A DNA stretch of 64,000 nucleotides from Eledone cirrhosa. Lineage: Eukaryota. Location: positions 9,057 to 73,056 of the forward strand of contig CAXHJY010000646.1 of NCBI GenBank assembly GCA_964016885.1, read 5' to 3'. Shown one piece after another: positions 12,701-25,724 of the stretch. The position numbers and the translations under genes are program-made. Positions within the stretch are counted from its first letter, which is position 1, and each line of letters begins with the position of its first letter. The notes below the pieces were generated by a model. It made no database searches, was not told where the DNA came from, and worked only from the letters and a program-made list of their open reading frames with translations.

Positions 12701-13860
12701 GGTATGGCCACAGTCTAATGACTCAAACCAGTAAAACAGTACTGAGGTCGATATGGTAGACTATATCAAGGTAGTGCCCCAGTATGGCCACAGTCTAATG
12801 GCTGACACTAGTAAAACAGTACTGAGGTTGATATGGTAGACTATATCAAGGTAGTGCCCCAGTATGGCCACAGTCTAATGACTGACACCAGTAAAACAGT
12901 ACTGAGGTTGATATGGTAGACTATATCAAGGTAGTGCCCCAGAATGGCCACAGTCTAATGACTGACACCAGTAAAACAGTACTGAGGTTGATATGGTAGA
13001 CTATATCAAGGTAGTGCCCCAGTATGGTCACATTCTAATAACTCAAACCAGTAAAACAGTAGTGAGGTTGATATGGTAGACTATATCAAGGTAATGCCCC
13101 AGTATGGCCACAGTCTAATGAATGACACCTGTAAAACAGTACGGAGGTTGATATGGTAGACTATATCAAGGTAGTGCCCCAGTATGGCCACAGTCTAATG
13201 ACTGACAATAGTAAAACAGTTCTGAGGTTGATATGGTAGACTATATCAAGGTAGTGCTCCAGTATGGCCACAGTCTAGTGACTGACACCAGTAAAACAGT
13301 ACTGAGATTGATATGGTAGGCTATATCAAGGTAGTACCCCAGTATGGCCACAGTCTAATGACTGACACCAGTAAAACAGTACTGAGGTTGATATGGTAGA
13401 CTATATCAAGGTAGTGCCCCAGTATGGCCACAGTCTAGTGACTGACACCAGTAAAACAGTACAGAGGTTGATATGGTAGACTATATCAAGGTAGTGCCCC
13501 AGTATGGCCACAGTCTAGTGACTGACACCAGTAAAACAGTACTGAGGTTGATATGGTAGACTATATCAAGGTAGTGCCCCAGTATGGCCACAGTCTAGTG
13601 ACTGACACCAGTAAAACAGTACAGAGGTTGATATGGTAGACTATATCAAGGTAGTGCCCCAGTATGGCCACAGTCTAGTGACTGACACCAGTAAAACAGT
13701 ACTGAGGTTGATATGGTAGACTATATCAAGGTAGTGCCCCAGTATGGCCACAGTCTAGTGACTGACACCAGTAAAACAGTACAGAGGTTGATATGGTAGA
13801 CTATATCAAGGTAGTGCCCCAGTATGGCCACAGTCTAATGACTGACACCAGTAAAAGAAA
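9728..13860. repeat. 80-bp minisatellite (about 51 units) derived from the end of a dispersed repeat
   Basis: Unit CAAGGTAGTGCCCCAGTATGGCCACAGTCTAATGACTGACACCAGTAAAACAGTACTGAGGTTGATATGGTAGACTATAT. Solo homologs lie at about 19585, 24890, 29145 and 46440. Confidence 0.97.
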
Positions 13861-14208
13861 AGGCAGGAAAACAGCCAAACAATATTCTGTCAAGGTTGTT
13901 CTGTTTCTTAAATGTTTGTTCATCACTTTTTGTGTTGTTTTTGCTAAATGAGTGATCTATTGTTGATTTGTTTCAAAGTCAACAATGTCTTTATGATGTC
14001 TCCCTTTAAACTGATCACCCCTCTCCCTTTTCCTCTCCCTGGCCATGATTCTACATGCCCCATGCTCAAAGACCTCCTTTCTCTCTAACCCCACCACCAC
14101 CACACCACCATCAACATCATACTGGCCCATGTTTCTTGACAAGGGAGACAGGTGACAAAGGACAAATGAGAGACAGGGAGTCAGAGGGTTCATGGTACTA
14201 GTCATGAT

Positions 14209-14239
<31 letters not shown>

Positions 14240-14282
14240 GCGCGCGCACAAACACAAACACAAACACAAACACACGCACGCG

Positions 14283-14820
14283 TAAAAGGTAAACAGAAAT
14301 AATAACACAATCGGTACAGTATATGGAAGGAATATATTAGGTTAACACTTGATATAGCAGGAAGAGGGTCCTAACGTTTCGGACGCTAGTCCTTCATCAG
14401 AAGAAAGAATGAGAAATAAAATAGATTGAGGGGACAGGCGGGATGGAATTTGGAAAAATGTCTTTAGATAAAAATAAGAGGTCCATTCATGGTGACATCT
14501 CTTGGAAAACTGTTGATGCTGGCGTTTTGTGTATGATTTGTTTTTTAGAAAAGTGGATGATTGAGCGCGTCTACCTGAAATGGGAAAAAAAAAAACTTTT
14601 TGTAAAAAGAGCTATACTTGAGCACGTGCGTAAGCATGAGTTTGTGCGTACGTGTCTGTGTGTGTGTGTTATTATACTTTTGTACGAAGCTAAGAAGAAA
14701 TGTCCGTATATCTAAGTAAAAGAGTGTGTACATGTAAGTACGAAGCTATGAGGGTGTGTATGTGTGTATACAGAACAGTGGAGTGAGCATATATAGTCGG
14801 CCTGTGTTAGTTGTAAGAGA
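14283..14820 (-). mobile_element. Penelope-like pseudo-LTR repeat (copy 2) with hammerhead at 14369-14404
   Basis: Homologous to 6362-6832. HHR TCTT-CTGATGA-A-GGAC-TAGC-GTCC-GAAAC-GTT-AGGA, where a G-U wobble keeps stem I. Confidence 0.65.
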
Positions 14821-14927
14821 AGATGTTAATGATCAAGAGAAAGCTTTAGGAATCTAGGGATGTGATAATGGACGGCGTACACACATATTCATATACATAT
14901 TCATATATATATGAATGTCTGTGTGTA

Positions 14928-15217
14928 GGCGAGTTGAGAAAGAAACTGGGTATAAGAGGGATAAGTTGTGGTGCACAGGAGAGAAGGCTGAGATGGTATG
15001 GACGTGTGATGCGCATGGAGGATGACTGCTGGGTAAAGAAGTACCAAGAAATGCCAGTAGAAGTAGACCACGAAAAACATCGGCGGAGGTGGTGGGAGCA
15101 GACTTCAGATTGCTGAAACTCACCGAGGAGATGACAAAGGACCATGACAAGTGGAGAGATGATATGCTACATAGGACCCGTCCAATCTTTGCAAATGAAA
15201 TGATGATGATGATGATG
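14928..15217 (+). mobile_element. RTE LINE 3' fragment
   Basis: ELRKKLGIRGI..ERRLRWYGRVMRM, followed by a (GAT)n tail. Confidence 0.85.
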
Positions 15218-15334
15218 ATACATATATATATATACATATATACATATATATATACATATATACATATATATACATATATACATATATATATATACATATA
15301 TATATATATACATATATATAAATATATATATATA

Positions 15335-15663
15335 GCTTAGTGGTTAGAGCATTGGCCTTGCAATCGAAAGGTTGTGAGTTCAATTCTCAGACCGGGTGAT
15401 GTGTTGTTTCCTTGAGCGAGACACTTTATTTCACATTGCTCCAGTTTACTCAGCTGTAGAAATGAGATGATAGGGAGTGGGGTCCCTATCATTCCACTGC
15501 AAAGTGGTCGTGGAGGTGCCACGGCAAAAAAGCACCCAGCACTCACTGTAAATGATGTTGGTGTTAGGAAGGGCATCCAGCTGTAGAATCAAGCCAGAAT
15601 CAGTTCCCGTCCCACCCTTGCAAGCAGGGAAAAGTGGACGTAAAATGATGATGATGATGATGA
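15335..15663 (+). mobile_element. tRNA-derived CORE-like SINE (family B), RTE-type tail 1
   Basis: B-box GAGTTCAATTC; MIR/CORE-like GTTTCCTTGAGCGAGACACTTT...CAGTTTACTCAGCTGTAGAAATGAG; tail CCCGTCCCACCCTTGCAAGCAGGG..(GAT)n shared with the LINE end at 8532-8584. Confidence 0.88.
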
Positions 15664-16320
15664 TATATAAGGAAAACAGATGAAATCGAAAATGCAACTG
15701 GCGTCTTATTTAAAAAATATATATATATTTATTTCGTTCCTTTACCGGTTTCGCAGTTCTTCTGCTTTTCAAAAGTAGAGTTGAGATGGAGGGCTGTGGT
15801 TTTTACCTCTCAAGCAAGTTTACAAACATAAGAAATATGTATAAGGATATTTACCACAACATATATATTCGGATATCACCATCAGTATATGCATTTTATA
15901 TATGCATTTTATATAATTATCAGAATTATTCATTTTACAATATAAACAATTGTCATTTACTCATAGGATTAATAAGTAGTTATATTTACACTTTAAAGTA
16001 TTATTATTTCGATTCTAATTTCGTAACTATATCATAATATATGTTGTTTCCCTATATATAATGTTAAATAAACATTATTAATCCATTTGGATAAAAAGAA
16101 AATAATATACGAAAAATGTAAACAAAGGGAGGTAATCCATATGTGATCATTTATATTATCTAGAAGATATTTTAAAATGCAAGTTCAGAAAGTTCTAGTT
16201 ACACAATGGCCGTTCAAAAAATCGAACTTATGATAGTGAATCACCTCATGAGATTAATTTACTATATAAAAAAATCCGATATACAATTTTAAGGTAAGGC
16301 AAAACATTATATATATAATA

Positions 16321-16507
16321 GGGCGGTGGATTGGCAGTATCGGTAGAGAGTCGGACGCCATGCTTTGACGCATAGAGTTACGGCCCTTGTCATTCTGAGT
16401 TCAAATCCCGCCGAGGTTAACTTTGCCTTTCATCCTTACGGGGTCGATAAAGTAAAGTACCAGTAATGAACTGGATAATTGCTGGCCTTGTGCCAAAAGT
16501 AGAAACT
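16321..16507 (+). mobile_element. Full-length SINE family A with TSD
   Basis: GGGCGGTGG head, A and B boxes, TSD ATTATATATATAATA on both sides. Confidence 0.92.
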
Positions 16508-16918
16508 ATTATATATATAATAACAATAATTTAAGAATTATCAATAATAATAGTCCATAATTTTTTTTCCTCTTAGTCAGTATTTTTTTCTAAATTTGTA
16601 TGATGCTTGAAATGTTTTTCCAGATTTATGGAGACAAGTTGCAAATAATTCGTTTTTTTTTTGTTAATTAAATTACCATAATTGGTAATTATTAATAGAG
16701 TTTCTAAATTTCAAAGATTGCAATTTAGTGAGATGGAAGCGTTCCGATAGAAATTGAGTATTTAATATTTTTCTCTTTTAAAGACCATATTAATTGTGAT
16801 AATGAAGTAGAAAGTTTTTTATCTGGATTTGAGAAAGAATGTTTATGATTGGAAAAGCAAAACTTAAAGTTCAATGAAGTGGCACCAATGTAGTTATAAG
16901 TATTATTATTATTTGTCT

Positions 16919-17095
16919 CAGTATCGGTAGAGGGTCGGGCGCCATGCTTTGTAGCGTAGAGTTACGCCCCTTTATATGTTCTGAGTTCATATCCCTCCGA
17001 GGTTAACTTTGCCTTTCATCCTTACGGGGTCGATAAAATAAAGTACCAGTAATGTACTGGGATAAATGCTCACCTTGTGCCAAAAGTAGAAACAA
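16919..17095 (+). mobile_element. 5'-truncated SINE family A
   Basis: Same body as other family A copies; TSD ATTATTTGTCT. Confidence 0.88.
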
Positions 17096-17594
17096 TTATT
17101 TGTCTTAATGGTACATTTATATACTAAATTCTTATCAAGGCAATTGTTTTGTGTATGCGTATGTTTATATGTTCTCCTTAAATGTGAGTGTATAGCGGGA
17201 GCCTATGCGTACGACTGTCGTTATCTATGTGATTGAGTGTGTGTGTGTGAGTGTGTGTGAGTGCGCGCGTGGACGTGTGAACTACCAAACACAGCAGTAA
17301 TTCATCGAAGTGTGGCAGACACAGGACAGCTGATGGTCAGCCAAGCGATATCTGTTGGTCAGAATTATGATGACGTAGACAACCAGCGGCCAATAACAGG
17401 ACACGCGAAGAGGATGAAGTTTTTGACACCCCAGTGAAAGAATTTGCTCTGAAATCATTAGACATGTCTGTCGAACCTGAGGATCCAGAATCAGACAGAT
17501 CCACACAATGAACACGTCTCAAGCTATCCACCGGCGAAACAATTGTAGCACACAATAGAGTTCAGATGCATCACTGATTTTTCGTTTTATATTA

Positions 17595-17644
17595 TATGTT
17601 TGTGTATATATATATGTATATATGTATGTATATATATATATATG

Positions 17645-17685
<41 letters not shown>

Positions 17686-17770
17686 GTATGTATATGTGTA
17701 TATGTATGTATATGTATATATATGTATGTATATATATATGTATGTGTATATGTATGTATATATGTATGTG

Positions 17771-17804
<34 letters not shown>

Positions 17805-18040
17805 TATATGTATATGTATGTGTATATGTATGTATATATATATGTATGTATATATATATATGTATATATATATATGTATGTATATATATATATGTATGTA
17901 TATATATATATATATATGTATGTATATATATATATATAGGTATGTATATATGTATGTATATATATATATATGTATGTATATATATATATATGTATGTATA
18001 TATATATACATATGTATGTATATATGTATATATATGTATG

Positions 18041-18134
<94 letters not shown>

Positions 18135-18206
18135 TGTATGTATATATATATGTATGTATATATATATACATATCTATGCATATATATATATATATGTATG
18201 TATATA

Positions 18207-18238
<32 letters not shown>

Positions 18239-18783
18239 CATGTATATATATATATGGTAACCCTACCAAGGTTTCTTGGTGAGGAGGGTGACTTTGGACA
18301 TCCTGCAGGACTAAAAACAAAACCTGTAAAAGGGCAAAGGAGCTCTTAAGAGTCAATGGCCATCCAAAATCACCGGGAGAGATGACCCCTTAGCCTTTGT
18401 CAAGGCAGAATTCTAGGAGAAGGAAAACTCTGATATAACACCTACAACCCTGATGGTATCCAATGATGTTGACTTGTTCTTCTTTTTGGTAAATATCATC
18501 TTGGTTAAGAGAGTGGGACTGGCTTTGTGCAGTGCCTTTGCTCACTATAAAAGCTTCACGGCACAGGCATTGCTTTATATCTGGAGATCTCTCTGCACTT
18601 GTCGTCACATGATACCATGGGCCCACCACTCAGTGTCAGTAATTGTCACAAGTGTAGTGTTTGTACCAGAGTTTTCAAGTCGCTGGCTGGACTAAAAAGT
18701 CACACTCGTTCAGCGCATCGGTAGGGGTTCTCCTACATGGATATAAAGTAGTGGCCGTACTCGAAAACGAGTTGGCAGCCACC

Positions 18784-18838
<55 letters not shown>

Positions 18839-19093
18839 TATGTATGTATATATATATGTATATATATATATGTATGTATATGTAGGAGGAGAGTTTTATT
18901 GTAGTACAATAAAGCAATGCAGATATCGGATAAGAAGCACTCTACAGTTTGTAGGACTGGAGTATACATAATATATAAGAACAAAAGATGGTTAAAGGAG
19001 TTCCATGTATTTTATTATGCGTGTATATATATATGTATGTATGTATGTATATATATATATCTATATATATGTATGTATATATATATATGTATG

Positions 19094-19158
<65 letters not shown>

Positions 19159-19269
19159 GTATACATATATATGTATATATATATATGTATGTATATATAT
19201 ATATGTATATATATATATGTATGTATATATATATATGTATGTATATATATATATGTATATATATATATG

Positions 19270-19300
<31 letters not shown>

Positions 19301-19410
19301 GTATGTATATATATATATGTATATACATATATATGTATATATATATATATATATGTATGTATATATATATATGTATATACATATATATGTATATATATAT
19401 ATATGTATGT
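17595..19410. repeat. (AT)n/(ATGT)n microsatellite field with embedded elements
   Basis: Direct observation. Confidence 0.95.
18255..18790 (+). mobile_element. Internally deleted RTE derivative (5' UTR joined to a C2H2-encoding 3' end)
   Basis: The 5' part resembles 49998-50080, which precedes an RTE endonuclease. 18647-18724 encodes HKCSVCTRVFKSLAGLKSHTRSAHR*, followed by a CTCG-AAAA-CGAG hairpin and an (ATGT)n tail. Confidence 0.65.
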
Positions 19411-19538
19411 ACGTTATTCCGGGTTGAATCGGAGGTAACCACAGTAAGTAAGGTACTCAATACATAGCAGAGTATAAAAGTTTTAATATAGATTCAGATT
19501 CTACAGGACTAGAACTGTTTCATTCATTACAAATCATT
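19410..19538 (-). mobile_element. Fragment of the hammerhead family B repeat (3' half of the HHR plus tail)
   Basis: Reverse complement of 59515-59630. Confidence 0.7.
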
Positions 19539-19878
19539 GTATATATATATATGTATGTATATATATATACGTATATATATACAAGGGCGGTGCCCCAGCA
19601 TGGCCTCAGCCGGATGGCTGAAACAGGTAAAAGAGTATAAAAGAGTATGTATATATATGTGTGTATATATATGTATATATATACATAGAGGGTAGAGAGG
19701 GCCCTTGAGTCTAGTAAGACATCCTCTTTAGTGCTGGTGGCACAAATAAAAGCACCCAGTCCATGCTGTAAAGTGGCGCTGGTGTTAGGAAGGGCATCCA
19801 ACCAGTGTATCAATGCCAAAACACTTATCAGCACACCAACAAATAGGAACAACAACAAAATATGAAGACGTCGCATCT

Positions 19879-21465
19879 CAGAGGTAGATCTGCTGAAATA
19901 GCGGAGATGCTGGAGAGAAGACATGTGGATGTGTACTGCGTGTAAGAGGTGAGATGGAGAGGTGCCTCTGCGAGACTAGTCGTAGGCAAACATCTTAGCT
20001 ATAAGCTTTTCTTGGTAGGTAAGGATGATGGGTTAGGGGGAGTAGGCATTTTCCTGGCTGAGAGATGGATCAATAAGACAATAGAGGTAGTTCGAGTTAG
20101 TAATCGAATAATTAAGCTTAGATTAGTTGTAGGCAGGAGACTACTGACAATCTTCTCTGCCTATGCTCCCCAAGCAGGCCTAGGCAAAGAAGAGAAAGAC
20201 TGCTTTTACGAGCAACTTTTACAAACAACCGCAATGACAGAGGACGGAGACATCGTTATGCTAGCAGGGGACTTCAATGGTCATGTTGGACTGCTCCAGG
20301 ATGGTTACACTGGGGTACATGGTGGGCACGGTTACGGCTCAAGAAATGAAGAAGGAGGGAGACTTCTTGAATTTTGTGATGCAAGTACACTGACTATTTG
20401 CAACACAAACTTCTAGAAACCTGCCAACCACCTAATAACCTACAAATCTGGTGAGCACATAAGCCAGATTGACTTCTTACTAGTTAGGCAGCGGGACAGG
20501 CAGATAGTGCTTAATACCAAGGCATACCCTGGGGAAGAATGTACCCCACAGCATAGGTTAGTCGTTAGTGATATCTCAGTAAGCAAGAGATGGAATGAGA
20601 CATACAGGCAGATGTGGAGAAGAAAGGTCTGGAAGCTAAAAGACCTTTCACTAAAATACAAATTTAGGAAAGCCCTTCAAGATGTGTATGATGGAAAAGA
20701 AGACGATTTAGAGACGTATGACATAGATAATAACTGGAATTTCTTACGTGACAACTTACTGCAGGCTACTGATGAAACTTGTGGCTGGAGCAGAGCTCCA
20801 ACCAGACAGAGAGTGACCTGGTGGTGGAACAGCACAGTAGATAAGGCCATTAGAGACAAAAGACTAGCATGTAAGGCTTGGAAAAAGGGTGGGAGTAGGG
20901 AAGAATATACAGCCGCTAAGAGAGAAGCTAGATGTCAGGTGTACTTAGCACGCAAGGAGGCCGAAAGTAGGAGGTTTGCCAATGTTCTGCGACGGGAAGA
21001 TCAGAGGCGTGCGGTGTTCCACATTACAAAGCAGTGTGTCAATGCAAATCAGGATGTTGTTGGAGATAAATGTGTCCGGAACGATGCCGGTGTACTTAGT
21101 GTCACGAATGATCAGGAAAAGGAGGCCTGGAAATGTCATTATGAGAGACTGATGAATGTGGAGAACGAATGGGAGAGAGAGAAATTACCCTCAGTAGATC
21201 CGACAGAGGGACCAGCTATTGAGATTGACGAATATAGTGTCCAACAGGCGATTTGGGAAATGAAAAATGGTAAGGCTGATGGACCATCGGGAATAGTTGC
21301 TGAGATGCTGAAGGCATCAGGGGACGTAGGCACTAAGCTGGTTGCACGCATCATCAATCAGGCTATATATGGTGGTGTCATACCCAAAGACTGGTGCAGC
21401 AGTATTCTCATAAATTGCTAGAAAGGTAAAGGGGATGCTCTGGAGAGGAGCAATTATAGGGGTAT
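19879..21465 (+). mobile_element. RTE LINE 5' portion (AP endonuclease and RT N-terminus), 3' truncated
   Basis: Motifs EVRWRG, GVGIFL, SAYAPQ, GDFNGHVG, QIDFLL, QHRLVV, TWWWN, GKADGPSG and SNYRGI; in-frame stops. Confidence 0.95.
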
Positions 21466-22250
21466 TTGTTCAAATAGTCTTAATTGTATAATTGGGCTCA
21501 TACATCGAAATATGTATAGTGCTTTTGCAGAATTAAAATTCTGAAGTAAATTTTCCAGTCTAGCCTTCTGTTGTTTTAATGAATACTTTACTCCGTTCCT
21601 GCACGAACCACTGGATACCACATCTACTATGGATGATTTGCATAACGTTGAGTGCTTTAATTTATGTGCATCATTATTCCTCACCCAAACCACCAGTTAT
21701 ACCCATTGGTAAACAGCCTAACATAAATGATATATATATATATATATATCTGTTTCTTGTAAACAGACATTCGTCTCATTCTGACGTCACCAGCCATGTC
21801 TCTCCATGTGTGTTTATTTTTATAATTTCGCACAAGGTGAACTAGCCTGCTTTTAAATTCCCTTTTTGGCATATTTTGGCAGTGGTTTAGGGTTATTGCG
21901 TTTGAGCTCTACTGATGAACAACTCCAACCGTGACCATCCCCACTGAAAAAGTTTCGTGAAATAGTCTTTTTAAGACTATATAGAGCATTTGTAGTTTTT
22001 CCAAATTGAAGGATGAGTATTTAAGCTTTATTTATTCTGAGTTAAGGCTCTATTGGTTTTTCCCAGGATTTCACAAAATCTCTGGATAAAATCTGTCTTG
22101 ATTTTTTTTTTTTTTAATTGAATTTGAATTATTTCCCCACATCTTACGTTAATTATTTCCCATTTTGACGTTATAGTCACTTATATATTATGAAATACTG
22201 TTAGCTCACAATAATTTCTATATTTTCATTTATATTCATTTATATATTTA

Positions 22251-22592
22251 TGGAGGCACATGGCCTAGTGGTTAGAGCATTTGCCTGGCAATCGAAAGGT
22301 TGTGATTTCAATTCTCAGACCGGGTGATGTGTTGTTTCCTTGAGCGAGACACTTTATTTCACATTGCTCCAGTTTTCTTAGCTGTAGAAATGAGATGATA
22401 GGGACTGGGTTCCATATCATTCCACTGCAAAGTGGTCGTGGAGGCGCCACGGCAAAAAAGTACCCAGCACTCACTGTAAATGAGGTTGGTGTTAGGAAGG
22501 GCATCCAGCTGTAGAAATCAAGCCAGAATCAGTTCCCGTCCCACCCTTGCAAGCAGGGTAAAAGTGGACGTAAAAACGAAAAACGAAAAACG
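22251..22592 (+). mobile_element. CORE-like SINE family B, full length
   Basis: GGAGGCACA head, A-box TGGCCTAGTGG, CORE-like segment, tail 1. Confidence 0.9.
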
Positions 22593-23384
22593 AAATATAT
22601 ATATATATAAATGTGTATATGATGCAATACTGATTCTTGGCTCCCTATTTATTATTATATATATACATATTAGTGCTTGCTGGGTAATTGAGTAGGTAGG
22701 TGGGCATATAGGTAAGTAAAATGTGTTATGAGACAGGTGGTTAGGTAGAGAGGTGTGTAGGTGTAATAGTTAAGTTAGATTCTGTAACAGCTGTGAGGAA
22801 TTTCTGAATTGTGTTAACTGAGGAAAATGTAGAAACAAAATAAATCTTACTATAAAAACAAAAGAAATGGCAGGTGATATGAAATATCTGTGATAATGAT
22901 AATGATGATGATGATGAGAATAATTCTGCAGAGAGCAGGGGCTTGAAGTCGGGGGGGGTGGGGTGGGGTGGGGTGGGGTGGAGGTTAGTGGTGGTGGTGT
23001 TAGTAGTTTATAGTTGTTGAAGTGGAGTGTGTTGTGGTTGTTTGCCCATATTAGCCTTGATCCAGCAAAACTATGATCAAATGTTGTTGTTGTTTAGCCT
23101 TATATCCAGCAAACTTATGATTAAAAGTATTCTAGCTGTGACCATCACATCTTTTCCCTATGTACAGGAAACCTAGCACCACATTATGCATCATATCCTT
23201 TTCTAAGTCATGTAGATTGAGGTAAATTTGACTGTTATTTCTACTAAATCAAACGACTGCTTAGAAGAAAGACCAGGTAAGGGGTCGACAAAAAACATCT
23301 CAATAGCCCATATGTATATTAATATTTTAAAAGGGCTGAGGCCCACAAAGAACACCTCAATTGGCCACATGTATATTATATCAT

Positions 23385-23645
23385 ATCTTACATATCTATC
23401 TATCTATCTAAGGCGGGTAAAATTCCCGAGATCCATGGACGAGTTCTCTCCAGTGGTCTCTGTCCCTCATTATCGCTGCCATATCCTGCGTCTCCAACAG
23501 ACCAGTGTCTGTCCTTAGGGCATCAACATACGTTAACCTTGGTCTTCCTCTTCTAGTGTGTCCATGTAGGGGCTCCCAAAGGAGCACTGAGTGCAATGTC
23601 AGGAGACTGAGGTTGGCTGGACATGCTCACCGACATCTTACATAT
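23385..23645 (-). mobile_element. Short RTE 3' fragment with 5' inversion and TSD
   Basis: Minus strand encodes HSVLLWEP..RGRPRLTYVD..DRDHWR; plus strand 23598-23636 encodes VRRLRLAGHAHRH; TSD ATCTTACATAT at 23385 and 23635. Confidence 0.8.
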
Positions 23646-25724
23646 AAACATTTGAAAAGGTGTGAGTCCAACAATGGTCCACATGTAGGCCGTTATCACC
23701 TGTTGCCAATCAATGGTATGCAAATGTGCGATTGTTCCGTCTTCTATTTAGACACATGGTAGAGACTCCTTGGATGCTGATGGCATGTCTTTGGGAAATT
23801 ATAATCAATAATTTAGAGTGCTTTGCTAAAATAACTAACTTTATTGTTGTATTTTGGGTGAGTCATGCAACTAATCAAACAAAGCACATTCCTTGAATTA
23901 TGCTATCAATTACTTGGTTAATCAACTAATTAATTAATTGTCAAAGTCATTTCATTACAGTCTGTGCTGTTATTAATGACCCTTACACTCTGTGTCTCCT
24001 CTTTGTCAACACTTTATCTCTACTTTGTCTTTACTGTCTTTTATTGTTATACTAAGTTAATATATAGAACACCACCAGTGCTACATTTAGAAATGGCCAT
24101 ATACAGAAATCTTGAAAGCCCCTTGTTAAAAGAATTACATCAGAATCTCTTACAAAAATAAAAAAAAAATGAAACTATTTGTCTTATTTTGATGCCTCAG
24201 AAGATTGTGAATCGATAATGTTTAGTTTATTCAGATTATCTTTAAACTTGGCAAAAAACCCTTAACATGAAAGACACTGCCTAAAAATTTTCAAATCATT
24301 TTGTAAATAATCAAGAATTTGGGAGGATTTACTGATATAACTAACTTTCTCATTATCAATTTGACATTTGAAACATAATTTAACAAAGGTTCTTACACAA
24401 AATGATGATGGAAATAAATAATTATTAACACTTTAACTCTTTTGTTACCATATAACAACTTAATGCTTTTACATTAAATTATGAGATGAACTTTTTATTT
24501 GAATATTGAACAGTTTTAGTCTAAAAATAAAATTAGAAAATATGAGTGAGAAAGTTAAATCTGGTTCTCCGGTGTTTTACCATCTAGCTTCACAACCATT
24601 TCATACCCATATTTTAAATGAAATATGCTGTATTTTAATTGATTAATTAATGAAGAATTTGGAGTGATTAATTAAAATGATCAATTCATTACTAAGATAC
24701 TATGTAGCCAATTAATGCTTACCACCACCTAACCCAGTATGTCTTTAGGAGAATTCACTGTTGTAAACTTTTGAGGCCTTATTTCCAGTTAAAGAATACC
24801 TTCCTAGTTCTCTCCCTACCTTCACTTCCAGAAGTCCTTATAAGGGTCATGGACACTGCCTCATCTGAAGAAGACATTCTTTTATTATTTTACTGGTTTC
24901 AGTCATTTGACAGTGGCCATGCTGGGACAATGCCCTGATGTGATTTAGTTCATTATACTAACCATCTAAACTATAATAAAGTAAGGAGTGCGAAATAAAC
25001 CGGACTGCGTACGGTTTATTTCTTTTAATCCAGTTAGTAAAATAAGTTGGATTACTTTGAATAAATAATGAATGAATAATAAATCTACTAAATTTTGTAA
25101 CTAAATTTCGTAAATATAAATAATTTAAAATTGACTTCTTTTCAAAGTTTCAAATTTCTACACTTCCAGTATATCGTCGCCACCACCACCACTTCAACTA
25201 CCATATATATATAGAAGGAGAGAGTGTGTGGTGAGAGAGATACAGAGATTATGATGTTCTACACGCTGACGTGTATGTGTGTGTATGTGCACATACATAA
25301 TTCTATATGTATGAGTATATAACTATTACGAGTATATAATTATAATCGCTCAAACACAAACTTATAAAAATACACGCTCACGGACTTACATTCAGATAAA
25401 TACACATACTTACATTCATACATTTACACATACATACATTCACACATATATATTTACACAAACACACACATACAGTCATGATAGCAGCGTTCGATGAATT
25501 GGAAATGGGAGGGTAAAACAAGTATAACGTTTTATTTAATTATTAACAACACAGTTTAACTCTTTTTTTTTTTTAAACTCATTTGTATAAAAATTTAATA
25601 TAATGGTTACAGAACAAAAACACAAACAAGTATAATATATACAAAGGAAAGGAAAAGGAAAATAAGAAAGAGAAAAAAATACACAACCAGGTAATACACA
25701 ACCAGGTAATACACACATCTTAGA

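Noticed and set aside
9728-13860. Regular arrays (also 1-1750, 2205-5265, 42555-46400) as CRISPR
   Set aside because: There are no unique spacers and no cas genes, and the context is eukaryotic; these are pure tandem repeats.
17519-19467. Many Tyr/Ile-rich ORFs (also at 52.5-54.2, 57.1-59.1 and 62.4-62.9 kb)
   Set aside because: These are (AT)n/(ATGT)n microsatellite translations.
21454-21693. 79-aa minus-strand ORF abutting the truncated RTE
   Set aside because: I could find no recognisable motif or splice signals to support it.
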